From: Erysipelotrichaceae bacterium
Lineage (GTDB): Bacteria > Bacillota_I > Bacilli_A > Erysipelotrichales > Erysipelotrichaceae
Reading direction: 5' to 3'
DNA length: 32,000 nucleotides
Assembly (NCBI GenBank): GCA_963676105.1
Contig: OY781039.1
Coordinates: forward strand, 1,620,001-1,652,000
The notes under the pieces are model-generated. The model saw nothing but the letters and a program-made list of their open reading frames with translations. It did not search any database and was not told where the DNA came from. Within the stretch, counting starts at the first letter, position 1, and every line of letters begins with the position of its first letter. This document shows, in pieces, positions 17,769 through 26,571 of the stretch. A program made the translations under genes and the position numbers.

Positions 17769-18539
17769 TTGATTATTGATCGACTACAAAAAGAAAGATA
17801 TTTTACAGGAAGAGATACCTCAATATCTCGATATATTTTAGCTAATCCTGAAGAAGTATTATCTTTAAGTGCGCATGAGCTTGCGCTAAAAGCTTATGTC
17901 AGTCCATCATCAGTTATACGTTTTGCGCAGAAGTTAGGTTATAAAGGTTATATTGAATTTCAAAGAGAATATAACTATGAATATGGTTTACGGATTCAAA
18001 AAGATCAAGTTATTAAAGAAACTCAAGATGACGATTCATGTGCAGATACCTTAGAAGATATTTATAAGAACGCGATTACGATTACGCGTGAACTCTTAGA
18101 TGATTCAAACCTAAAGAAAATTGTTCGATTAATAATGCAGTATAAGAAAATTGATTTCTATGCCAGTAATCAAAACTTCTTAATAGCGCAAGAATATTGT
18201 TTTAAATTAATGGCTTTAAATATTCGAGCTCAAGCATTTAATGATATTCATCAAGATTATTTGAAAGATACGTCTAATAGAGATACATTATGTATTTTAA
18301 TTAGTCATACAGGGCGTAATCCAACAATTCTGAATTTAGTAAAAACACTGAGTAATGAAGATTATAAGACAATTGCGATAACCAATCATGTCGATACATC
18401 CCTTGAAAAGTTATGTGACTTAAGTCTTTATACCTATTCCTCTGAAGGTTTAAGTGATCGAATTGAAAAGTTGATATCACTTCAATTTATTTTGGATGTT
18501 ATATATTTATCCATTATTCGTAGTAAAGAAAAACAATAA
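17769..18539 (+). CDS. MurR/RpiR family transcriptional regulator (HTH + SIS domain)
   Basis: HTH segment SAHELALKAYVSPSSVIRFAQKLGYKGY and a SIS-like C-terminal half. I prefer TTG 17769, 6 nt after AAGGAG (17757-17762), over the overlapping ORF-track start at 17742. The start remains uncertain. Confidence 0.75.
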   Translation: MIIDRLQKERYFTGRDTSISRYILANPEEVLSLSAHELALKAYVSPSSVIRFAQKLGYKGYIEFQREYNYEYGLRIQKDQVIKETQDDDSCADTLEDIYKNAITITRELLDDSNLKKIVRLIMQYKKIDFYASNQNFLIAQEYCFKLMALNIRAQAFNDIHQDYLKDTSNRDTLCILISHTGRNPTILNLVKTLSNEDYKTIAITNHVDTSLEKLCDLSLYTYSSEGLSDRIEKLISLQFILDVIYLSIIRSKEKQ

Positions 18540-18551
18540 ACCAATAAATTT

Positions 18552-18578
18552 AAGCAATGTTTATAGCATTGCTTTTTA
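18552..18578 (+). terminator. Rho-independent terminator after the RpiR gene
   Basis: AAGCAATG - loop - CATTGCTT followed by TTTAAAAA. Confidence 0.65.
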
Positions 18579-18585
18579 AAAATAC

Positions 18586-18616
18586 TTGACTTAGAGTTAA
18601 CTCTAGGTGCTATACT
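18586..18616 (+). promoter_or_regulatory. MerR-type promoter: TTGACT - 19-nt spacer holding a perfect 14-bp palindrome - TATACT
   Basis: TTGACT (18586-18591). The spacer TAGAGTTAACTCTAGGTGC carries the dyad TAGAGTT|AACTCTA (18592-18605). TGcTATACT at 18608-18616. Confidence 0.6.
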
Positions 18617-18633
18617 TGCTCAGCGAGGTTATT

Positions 18634-19788
18634 ATGAAGAAATTAAAAACAATTCTATATATTTTTAGTATTATGGCTTTTGTTTTAGGAATGTCCAACT
18701 TCGCATTTGGCGCGATCCTAGATAAAATCGCAGTCGATTTAAATGTAACAATTGCGCAAACGGGCTATTTATCAACAACTTATACTTTAGGTTCTGCTTT
18801 AGGAGGACCTTTAGTAATGATCGTTTTTGCGAAGATGAATCGCAAACATTTAATATTAACGATGTTAAGTTTAGGTTCTTTAAGTTTATTTGGAATCACA
18901 CTTGTTAACAGTTTTAATCAAATTTTGATTATCCGATTTATTAGCGGTGTAACCTTAAATAGTTATGGTATTCTAGCGTTTGCGAGTGTATTATCACTTT
19001 CTACACCTGAAAGACAAGGTCGATCACTTGCGTTTCTTATCAGTGGAACATCATTGTCACTCGTATTAGGTGTGCCTTTAACAAGAGTGTTGTCGGATAC
19101 TTTATCATGGCAAAATATTTTCGTTATATTGAGTATTATGACAGCACTTGTCGCAATATCTTTTGCATATGTACTTCCTAAAGATAAACATCATAGTGAA
19201 CGTATTAGTTTAAAGGATGAATTTGTTTATTTAAAATCTAAAAAAGTATTATCAATTTACACTTTTACAATTATGATGTTTATTGGTTATTCTGCATTAT
19301 ATACTTATGCAACTCCATTTATTACAGAACGATTTACAGATTATGCAAAATATATGCCAATTATTCTTCTTGTTATAGGAGTATCGACGTTTATTGGTAA
19401 TGAAATTGGTGGTCGTTTAAGTGATAAAATTGGATATGAAAAGTCAATGTTAATAGGTGCTGTGGCACAACTAATAAATGTTACTCTACTAGTTGTTTTT
19501 AGTTTTAATGTGATTTTATCTGTTATTTTCTTATCATTATGGGTAGTAAGTTCATGGGCGACAGGCTTACAAATGAATATTGGAATTGTGCAAACAACAC
19601 ACCATGAAGCAAACTTTGTCTTGTCTCTTAATGGTTCAGGAATCCAGTTAGGATTTACACTAGGTTCAATGTTGGCAGCATCAATAATACCGTTGATGGG
19701 GTTGGCAAGTATCACCTACATTACAGTTCTAACAAGTGTACTCATTGTCCTATTACAATTAATTGTTATTAAATATATTAAAAATTGA
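18634..19788 (+). CDS. MFS transporter (efflux-type, about 12 TM segments by eye)
   Basis: Start is ATG 18634 (MKKLKTILYIF...) behind GAGG. Hydrophobic throughout. The ORF-track 5' extension from 18607 is unlikely. Confidence 0.85.
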   Translation: MKKLKTILYIFSIMAFVLGMSNFAFGAILDKIAVDLNVTIAQTGYLSTTYTLGSALGGPLVMIVFAKMNRKHLILTMLSLGSLSLFGITLVNSFNQILIIRFISGVTLNSYGILAFASVLSLSTPERQGRSLAFLISGTSLSLVLGVPLTRVLSDTLSWQNIFVILSIMTALVAISFAYVLPKDKHHSERISLKDEFVYLKSKKVLSIYTFTIMMFIGYSALYTYATPFITERFTDYAKYMPIILLVIGVSTFIGNEIGGRLSDKIGYEKSMLIGAVAQLINVTLLVVFSFNVILSVIFLSLWVVSSWATGLQMNIGIVQTTHHEANFVLSLNGSGIQLGFTLGSMLAASIIPLMGLASITYITVLTSVLIVLLQLIVIKYIKN

Positions 19789-19809
19789 AAAAGGCTGTTA
19801 AGCCTTTTT
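19787..19809. terminator. Bidirectional terminator between convergent MFS and DUF4870 genes
   Basis: AAAGGCT-GTTA-AGCCTTT flanked by an A-run and a T-run. Confidence 0.7.
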
Positions 19810-20203
19810 AGTTTATATCGATATGTAATGTTCTTTGAAGCCATCTGAAGATGCCTTGAACAAAAGGAACTTCATAGGTTTCATAGTTCCAACCACGCAT
19901 TGCCGCAATTATTGAAAAGATAAATAGAATGATATTGAGTACAGGTACAAAGACAATTCCAACAATCGTAATAACTAAAATGAAATTAGCGAGTGCTGTG
20001 AAGATCATCAGTGAAGTTGCTTGTAGAGCGTGATATCTAACGAGTGAACTATCTTTTTCCATATACATAATCACGATTGGGACAAGTGGACTAAGTACAC
20101 CTAAATCCATCCAAGATAATAAGGTTCCACCAAACCAAACTAAAACAACCAGTAAATTCGCATCCATCCCTAGGGATGAACGATGCGGTTCATATTTTCT
20201 CAT
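19808..20203 (-). CDS. Small integral membrane protein, DUF4870-like
   Basis: 131 aa, 3-4 TM segments. The pattern EKDSSLVRYHALQA...IIAAMRGWNYETYEVP resembles the DUF4870 family. AGAGGAG SD. Last gene of the lemA operon. Confidence 0.6.
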   Translation of the reverse strand: MRKYEPHRSSLGMDANLLVVLVWFGGTLLSWMDLGVLSPLVPIVIMYMEKDSSLVRYHALQATSLMIFTALANFILVITIVGIVFVPVLNIILFIFSIIAAMRGWNYETYEVPFVQGIFRWLQRTLHIDIN

Positions 20204-20234
20204 ATTTTTTCTCCTCTAATTTAATTATAAAACT

Positions 20235-22130
20235 TTACCAGCTGCTTCCGCCACCACCGCCGAAGCCACCACCGGAAAAGCCGCCACCACCGCCTCCGAA
20301 GCTTCCACCACCTCGACCTGATGATTGAGGCATTGAAGTCATAGCGCGACTCATAGAACCAAGTGTTCTGTTTAAGTGACTAACAAAGATATAAGTATTT
20401 AGTGGGTTAGATCCACTATACCAATCAGGTTGTTGAATAACGATGTCTTCAAATTTCTTAGACCATACATCACTTACATTTAAGACATAGGCATAGGGTA
20501 AAATTCTGTAGAAATAAGAAGGATCATCATGAATCAACATTTCGAGTTTATCTTTTTCAGCGGCTTCAATAAAGTTTTTAAGACCTAAGATATGACCTAA
20601 GTATTTAGTCCCTAGCTCAGTGCGTTTATCCATAACAGAGGTAAATCCGATGTTTGTCGCAATTAAAGCATAGAGAACTAAGATTTTCCAGAAGGCAAAA
20701 TTCGCAAGGCTTAACAAGAAGAAACTTACAAATATAAAGAATGAAGTGACTAAGATTAAGCCAACGGTTGATAAAGATTTTTGAATCTTACGAAGCGATG
20801 GCCAAAACTTAACCGCAATAATCCATATAATCATTAATGCTGTACTTAAAGCTATAGATACAAGACCTAGGCCAATCGCCATTTCGATTTCATAGGTGTT
20901 GAAATAAATTTGTGCCGCAACAACAAGCCCCACAGGTAACATACTAAAGATAGCTAAGAAGACTTTAAAGACAGTTGCCTTAGGATCAAAGATACGTCTA
21001 CTTTTATTCCCAAAGAAATGACGTTGAATGTCTTTCTTTGCATATTCAACAGATGTATAGAATGAGTTTTTTAAATCATCACTGGTGACCACATCTCTGT
21101 TTTTAAAAAGTTTATTAAAGAGGGTAACTTCAGCTCTAATTTCAGTATCTGCAATTTCATTAATTTTAGTTAGGGTAAAGTCTTTACCTTTACTGTCATC
21201 TTCAGTGATTGTTAGATAACCTTTATAAGCCCATTCAATAATCAGTGATACTACATCTCTTGTATCAACAATCCCTTCATAGATATATCCAACTTGTGCA
21301 GATGATAGTCCTTCAATTGGATAAAACTCAACCACTTCAACCGTTTTTTCATCACGTCCAAATTTGAAGAACAAGAGTGCGGTTAAAGCACTGAATAATG
21401 AGAATAGGGCGAGTGCACCAATAGTATAGTCAGGTGCAGGAATAAAGGTAAAAAAATCATTGGCTAATGGAGCATAGATGGTTAAGGCTTGATTAGGACT
21501 TAATCCACCATTTAGAACACCTGTTAAGGTATTACCTGAAATACTATATGTCACATCAGCTTCAGTTTCTTGACCATAGTAACCAGAATAAAAATAAATT
21601 TCTTCTGGCCAAGCTTTAGGTAAGGTAATTGAGAATGACACTTCTTCCATACTCATATCCCAACCATCACCAACAATATTAGTGTAAAGGGCTTGCTGAC
21701 CATTTAAGTCTAAATCTCGCATTTGAACAGAGTAACTGTAATCATAGTTTTGTAGATCATCCACGTAAGTGTCAGCATCACCAATTTGAATTAAGACATT
21801 ACCATAACTATCGGTATCTGTGACATAGGTTCTATCATAGACTGTCACATTATTAACTGGGAAATAATAAGACTTTTCAACGGATTGTCCATCAATATCC
21901 CATACCATATCATAACGCTGAGGAATGTATGCAATGATGCCATGACGACTAACATTAAAAAATGCATCTATGCTTTGATTTACTTGTATCAAGCCGTTTT
22001 CATTAATATCTAATGAAATGTCAAAAGATGTGATAGACACATCTTCGTATGCAGATACAGTTGTAAAACTAAGCGCTAGCGCAAATATAGTCGCAAGACT
22101 CAGAGCTAGTGCTTTGAGTTTACGGATCAT
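20235..22130 (-). CDS. DUF2207 domain-containing membrane protein with C-terminal Gly-rich tail
   Basis: 631 aa. Signal peptide, about 230-aa extracytoplasmic domain, several TM segments, and the tail GRGGGSFGGGGGGFSGGGFGGGGGSSW. The start lies 3 nt after the lemA stop. Confidence 0.8.
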   Translation of the reverse strand: MIRKLKALALSLATIFALALSFTTVSAYEDVSITSFDISLDINENGLIQVNQSIDAFFNVSRHGIIAYIPQRYDMVWDIDGQSVEKSYYFPVNNVTVYDRTYVTDTDSYGNVLIQIGDADTYVDDLQNYDYSYSVQMRDLDLNGQQALYTNIVGDGWDMSMEEVSFSITLPKAWPEEIYFYSGYYGQETEADVTYSISGNTLTGVLNGGLSPNQALTIYAPLANDFFTFIPAPDYTIGALALFSLFSALTALLFFKFGRDEKTVEVVEFYPIEGLSSAQVGYIYEGIVDTRDVVSLIIEWAYKGYLTITEDDSKGKDFTLTKINEIADTEIRAEVTLFNKLFKNRDVVTSDDLKNSFYTSVEYAKKDIQRHFFGNKSRRIFDPKATVFKVFLAIFSMLPVGLVVAAQIYFNTYEIEMAIGLGLVSIALSTALMIIWIIAVKFWPSLRKIQKSLSTVGLILVTSFFIFVSFFLLSLANFAFWKILVLYALIATNIGFTSVMDKRTELGTKYLGHILGLKNFIEAAEKDKLEMLIHDDPSYFYRILPYAYVLNVSDVWSKKFEDIVIQQPDWYSGSNPLNTYIFVSHLNRTLGSMSRAMTSMPQSSGRGGGSFGGGGGGFSGGGFGGGGGSSW

Positions 22131-22133
22131 AAA

Positions 22134-22691
22134 CTAAAACTCAACTTTAACGTTTTTACGTTGGCTTTCTTCTTCAACTTCGAATAATGGTTTACGTGTG
22201 AATTTAAATAAATTCGCAATAATATTCCCAGGGAACATTTCAATAGAAGTATTATATTGACGAACAATACCATTATAGTATTTACGTGCATTAGCGATAT
22301 CTTCTTCAACCACTTTAAGTTGTCCCATTAAATCTTGGAAGTTCGCATTAGCTTTCAAATCTGGATAAGCTTCTGATAGAGCGAATAAACGACTTAGCAT
22401 ACCAGACACTTCACCTTCGGCTTTTAGTTTTGCTTCTGGTGTGGTTGCGCTGACTGCCATATTACGTGCTTTAATAACATTTTCTAATGTTTCTTTTTCA
22501 TGTTTCGCATAACCTTTTACAGTTGCGACTAAATTTGGAATTAAATCTGAACGTTTAATTAAATAAACATCCATGGTTGAGAATGCTTCTTCTGCTTTAT
22601 TTCGTGATGAAATAAACCCGTTGTATGCCGCAACTAAATAAAAACCTAATGCAATTATGAGGGCAATTAGCCCATAACCTAAATATCCCAT
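22134..22691 (-). CDS. lemA: LemA family protein
   Basis: Start is ATG 22691 (MGYLGYGLIAL...), 6 nt after GGAGG. The ORF-track ATG at 22706 overlaps that SD. One N-terminal TM segment, then the LemA signature YN..., RSDLIPNLV..VKGYAKHE. Confidence 0.85.
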   Translation of the reverse strand: MGYLGYGLIALIIALGFYLVAAYNGFISSRNKAEEAFSTMDVYLIKRSDLIPNLVATVKGYAKHEKETLENVIKARNMAVSATTPEAKLKAEGEVSGMLSRLFALSEAYPDLKANANFQDLMGQLKVVEEDIANARKYYNGIVRQYNTSIEMFPGNIIANLFKFTRKPLFEVEEESQRKNVKVEF

Positions 22692-22816
22692 GAATGACCT
22701 CCTCATAAGATGTACCTTATTATTATACCCTTAAGTTTATTGTTAATTATGTAGTTATCGTGAAAACTCTTAGGATTTACCTTCAATAAAGTACTGTTTC
22801 GTTTATAATAAGTCAT

Positions 22817-23833
22817 ATGAAAAAATCTTTAATTCTACTTATCACAAGTTCTATGTTTTTAAGTTCTTGTTCACTCTTTACTAAAGAAAAAATTGATCAG
22901 CTAACGATCGCGATATCTCCCGTCGCAATACCGGGTGATATTTTAGAGTCTTCTATATCTTTTTCAGATGATCTTCGTAGCTATTTATTTGATAAAGGTT
23001 ATGATGTTCAAAACTTAAATGTTGAAGTCTTTGATACGCATGAAGAAACTCGGTTAAGTGTTGTTGATGGAACAGTAGACATAGCATATCTACCTGTACT
23101 TCAATATTTAAAAGTCATAGAAGAAGTGGATTATATGGCAAGCATTACAAGTCCACAACTTGATATGGGGACTGAGCCAAGTGTTTATAACGATATTACT
23201 TCAAGCACAAAACCAATTTCTGATTTATCTTATCGAAATGCTTTAATCTATACGGGTCCATCAGAATATGGACAAGAGCTTTATTCTAAGTTTGTTAATA
23301 ATCAAACCATTACTTGGATTGATGTGAATGTGGCGAGTTGGTGTCATGTGGTTGTGACTAGTTTAGATGGTTATGTCATGCCAAGTCTTTGGTTAATTGA
23401 TGAATATGATCGTCGTATAGGTGAACTCTTTGATCATACATTAGAGGTAAGAGGTTATGAGGATGTCGTTAAATCGTTGGCTAGTCAAGATTGTGACATT
23501 GCGGTTGGTCCTAGTTTACTAAGATATGATTATGAAGATTTATGGAATACTGAAGATTATGGTGGTCAAAATAATATCTTTGATGATGTAAATGTCATTG
23601 GTGTAACGCAGCCTATTTATGACGATGTCTTTGTGAGTCGTAAGTTAGCTGAAGAAGATGATGAATTAAGTGCAGAGTTTATGGCTTTAATTCAAACATT
23701 CTTAGTTGAGAAAGTTGAAGAAAACCCAGAACTCTATCAAGTGCTGGGCTTTAGTGGAATTGATATCTTAGATAAAACTTTCTATGAAACAATGATTCCT
23801 GCTTTAGAATATGTAGAACGCATCATGTCCTGA
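22817..23833 (+). CDS. PhnD-like (phosphonate-type) ABC substrate-binding lipoprotein, orphan paralog
   Basis: 338 aa. Lipobox FLSSC. Shares blocks with the 25470 protein (YRNALIYTGPSEYG, ITWIDVN, GYVMPSLWL, QDCDIAVGP, VIGVTQPIYDD). TATAAT lies 7 nt before the ATG and there is no SD. Confidence 0.75.
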   Translation: MKKSLILLITSSMFLSSCSLFTKEKIDQLTIAISPVAIPGDILESSISFSDDLRSYLFDKGYDVQNLNVEVFDTHEETRLSVVDGTVDIAYLPVLQYLKVIEEVDYMASITSPQLDMGTEPSVYNDITSSTKPISDLSYRNALIYTGPSEYGQELYSKFVNNQTITWIDVNVASWCHVVVTSLDGYVMPSLWLIDEYDRRIGELFDHTLEVRGYEDVVKSLASQDCDIAVGPSLLRYDYEDLWNTEDYGGQNNIFDDVNVIGVTQPIYDDVFVSRKLAEEDDELSAEFMALIQTFLVEKVEENPELYQVLGFSGIDILDKTFYETMIPALEYVERIMS

Positions 23834-23846
23834 TGCGTTTTTTTCT
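23817..23846 (+). terminator. Rho-independent terminator overlapping the end of the orphan PhnD-like gene
   Basis: AACGCATCA-TGTCC-TGATGCGTT followed by TTTTTTC. Confidence 0.7.
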
Positions 23847-25352
23847 TTACTTAATGATTTTAATATTTTCTTTATGATTAATTTTTACAGGTGTATTTTT
23901 TTGGATATACTCCGCAATTAAATCAGTCATATCTAATGGTAATTCAGTCACTGTAATCGCTTCAGGAATCATATTAAAGTTACCGCCACCACTTGCACGA
24001 TAATTATTCATGACAATCGTGTAGTAATCATGATCAACCAAGTCTTCTCCATTGATTTTAGCTTCAATGAGACGTTTACCAATTGGATTAGAAATCTTAT
24101 AGGTATAATCTATACCATCCAACATATCGTAATTAAAGTGTTGTGGTTTAGGTTTGGCATATTCTGGTGTCACAATAATCTCATTATCTTTAATTGAGAA
24201 GTATTTTGCGTTTTGTTCAAGATAAGCTTTTATTGCTCTGCCAGTCATTTTCTTAACCACTAAACTATTTGGATAAACATAGTTATTTACAATATCACGC
24301 ATACGAATGTTTTGAGGGAAACCGAGTGGTTGGTTAAATAATGCTGTTGCGCTAATTTGAGCCATCGTGAAATTAAATTGAACTTGATTCAAAAATGAGA
24401 CCATTGGATGTTTATGTAAACGTGCTTCAAAAGGATCATTCACCAAACAATCTTCTTCTAATGTGCCGATGATGGTATCTAACCATCTATTAACATTTTC
24501 CTCAAATGGTTCGATGAGATTCTCGATTTCTTGATCAAATTCAACATCAGCCATACTGACAAGTTTAGCTTCTAGTTTTTTATCAATGATATCTACCTGC
24601 ATGATTTCAGAAGCATTCATTGCGGATTGAAGAAATAGGGTGTTATTGATAACTGTGTTGATTGATCGATGTTGATGCCCAGAGATGATCACATCAATGC
24701 AATCAATTTGCGCAAGTTCATAACCTACGTTTTCACCCGTTAAGGTTTCAGTAGGGATGCCTGTTTCAGGATCTTTTTCTAGACCACCATGATAGATGAC
24801 AAAAACGAAATCGACATTTTCTTTAAGTTCACAGACTTCTTTCTTAACCACTTCAATAGGATTTAAGAAAGTGAAATGTTTAATGTTTTCGGGTCTTTCC
24901 CAATGAGGGATATAATCAGTGACAACTCCGATTAAACCTATTTTAGTCCCATCATTGAATTGTTGGATTTGACTACTTCCAATTGGAATATCTTTATAGA
25001 GTACATTGCTGGTGATACATGTTGCCCCTAAATCATCTAGGAATTGATGCAATATTTCTTCACCATAATTGAAATCATGGTTACCAACGTTAGTATACAT
25101 ATATTCCATTTCATTCATGACTAACGCTAGTAGATTGGGTGATAGCTTGTTGTTGTGGGAATAGGTTAAAAGTGGACTTCCTTGAAGACTATCTCCATTA
25201 TCACAAAGTAAAACTTCATGTGTTTTTTCAAGTTCTTTTAAATAAGTAGAAACACGAGAAAGCCCATTTAAGTTAAGTTCATTATTGATGGATGATTTGG
25301 CTGATATTGTCCCATGAATATCAGTTGTAAATACACAAGTTTTGTTAAGCAT
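23847..25352 (-). CDS. Bifunctional metallophosphatase/5'-nucleotidase family protein (CpdB/UshA-like), no signal peptide
   Basis: 501 aa. Metallophosphoesterase motifs TDIHG, GDSLQGS, GNHDF, GHQH, plus a 5'-nucleotidase C-terminal-like half. No N-terminal hydrophobic leader. Confidence 0.85.
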   Translation of the reverse strand: MLNKTCVFTTDIHGTISAKSSINNELNLNGLSRVSTYLKELEKTHEVLLCDNGDSLQGSPLLTYSHNNKLSPNLLALVMNEMEYMYTNVGNHDFNYGEEILHQFLDDLGATCITSNVLYKDIPIGSSQIQQFNDGTKIGLIGVVTDYIPHWERPENIKHFTFLNPIEVVKKEVCELKENVDFVFVIYHGGLEKDPETGIPTETLTGENVGYELAQIDCIDVIISGHQHRSINTVINNTLFLQSAMNASEIMQVDIIDKKLEAKLVSMADVEFDQEIENLIEPFEENVNRWLDTIIGTLEEDCLVNDPFEARLHKHPMVSFLNQVQFNFTMAQISATALFNQPLGFPQNIRMRDIVNNYVYPNSLVVKKMTGRAIKAYLEQNAKYFSIKDNEIIVTPEYAKPKPQHFNYDMLDGIDYTYKISNPIGKRLIEAKINGEDLVDHDYYTIVMNNYRASGGGNFNMIPEAITVTELPLDMTDLIAEYIQKNTPVKINHKENIKIIK

Positions 25353-25380
25353 ATGTAAATTATATCAAGGCATTGAAAAC

Positions 25381-25408
25381 TTGTATAAAGAAATGCGCAA
25401 TTTATACT
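25381..25408 (+). promoter_or_regulatory. Putative promoter of phnDCEE (TTGTAT - 16 nt - TATACT)
   Basis: Read directly. About 60 nt upstream of ATG 25470. Confidence 0.4.
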
Positions 25409-25469
25409 TTAGTACTATATAAAAAGTGCTATGCTAGATATGTAATTATTTAATTACAGGAGGAAAATA

Positions 25470-26504
25470 ATGAAAAAGTTTTTAGCTGTGTTGATGCTTT
25501 CTCTTCTTGTATTAGGTGGACTAACTGCATGTTCATCTGAGCCTGCTGAAGAAGAAGTCACAACGATCTCAGACCTAGTTGTTTTATTTGTTCCTAGCCG
25601 TGACCCTGGTCTTATCCAAGAAGCGACTGAACCTCTAAAACAAATGTTAATCGATAGTTTAGCTACAAAAGGCTTCACTGTTGAAAATGTAACCATCGAA
25701 GTTACAACAGATTACAATGCTGCTGGTGATGCACTTGCTGCTGGTACTGCACAAATTGGTTTCTTACCAGGTGGTACATATGTTGCATACTCCGAAGACG
25801 GTGTTGAAGTAGTCTTAGCTGCTACACGTGCTGGCTTAAATAAAGACAGCGAAAATCCAGTAGACTGGAATGATGGATTACCAACTGAAGGTGATTCAGA
25901 AAATCAAGTTACTTACTATCGTTCATTAATTTATGCTGGACCAAGTGAATATGGTCGTACATTAGCTGATAAAGTGAACAGTGGTGAAGCTTTAACTTGG
26001 GATGATGTTAATGCTGCACAATGGTGTGTATCTAACTCATCTACTTCATCTGCAGGTTATGTTTACCCAACAATGTGGTTAATGGATAACTTCGGTATGA
26101 AAATCACTGATTTAGAAAACTCACCACTACTTGGTGGTTATGGTGATATCGCTGCTAACCTCGCAACAGAACAATGTGATATTGGTGTTGGTTATGCTGA
26201 TATTCGTCGTGACTATGATGAAAACTGGGTTGGAGAATGGGAACGTACTGAAGATATCTGGAATGAAACAGATGTTATCGGTGTAACTCAAGGTATCTTT
26301 AACGATACAATCTCTGTAAGCTTAAATCACCCAGACATGAGTGATGCATTAAAAGTTGCTATCCAAGAAGCATTTATTGAAATTGCTCAAACTGAAGCTG
26401 GTGCTGAAGCAATCGCTATTTATAATCACGAAGGTTACAAAGTTGTAACAGATTCTGATTATGATGGTGCTCGCGCTGCACGTGATATTGTACAAGGTAG
26501 TTAA
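25470..26504 (+). CDS. phnD: Phosphonate-type ABC transporter substrate-binding lipoprotein
   Basis: 344 aa. Lipobox LTAC, PhnD-like blocks, strong AGGAGG SD. First gene of a phnC/phnE-containing operon. Confidence 0.8.
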   Translation: MKKFLAVLMLSLLVLGGLTACSSEPAEEEVTTISDLVVLFVPSRDPGLIQEATEPLKQMLIDSLATKGFTVENVTIEVTTDYNAAGDALAAGTAQIGFLPGGTYVAYSEDGVEVVLAATRAGLNKDSENPVDWNDGLPTEGDSENQVTYYRSLIYAGPSEYGRTLADKVNSGEALTWDDVNAAQWCVSNSSTSSAGYVYPTMWLMDNFGMKITDLENSPLLGGYGDIAANLATEQCDIGVGYADIRRDYDENWVGEWERTEDIWNETDVIGVTQGIFNDTISVSLNHPDMSDALKVAIQEAFIEIAQTEAGAEAIAIYNHEGYKVVTDSDYDGARAARDIVQGS

Positions 26505-26518
26505 TTAGGTTTATCATA

Positions 26519-26548
26519 AGAGCGAGGCAATTGCTTCGCTCTTTTTTT
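26519..26548 (+). terminator. Intra-operon intrinsic terminator between phnD and phnC
   Basis: AGAGCGAGGC-AATT-GCTTCGCTCT followed by TTTTTTG. Confidence 0.75.
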
Positions 26549-26571
26549 GTTTTAAAAGGATGTAGAAATAT

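Noticed and set aside
20238-20330. Locally GC-rich, repetitive CCACCACCGCC-type tract
   Set aside because: It is not a CRISPR array, a repeat element or foreign DNA. It is the in-frame coding sequence for the poly-Gly/Phe/Ser C-terminal tail of the DUF2207 protein.
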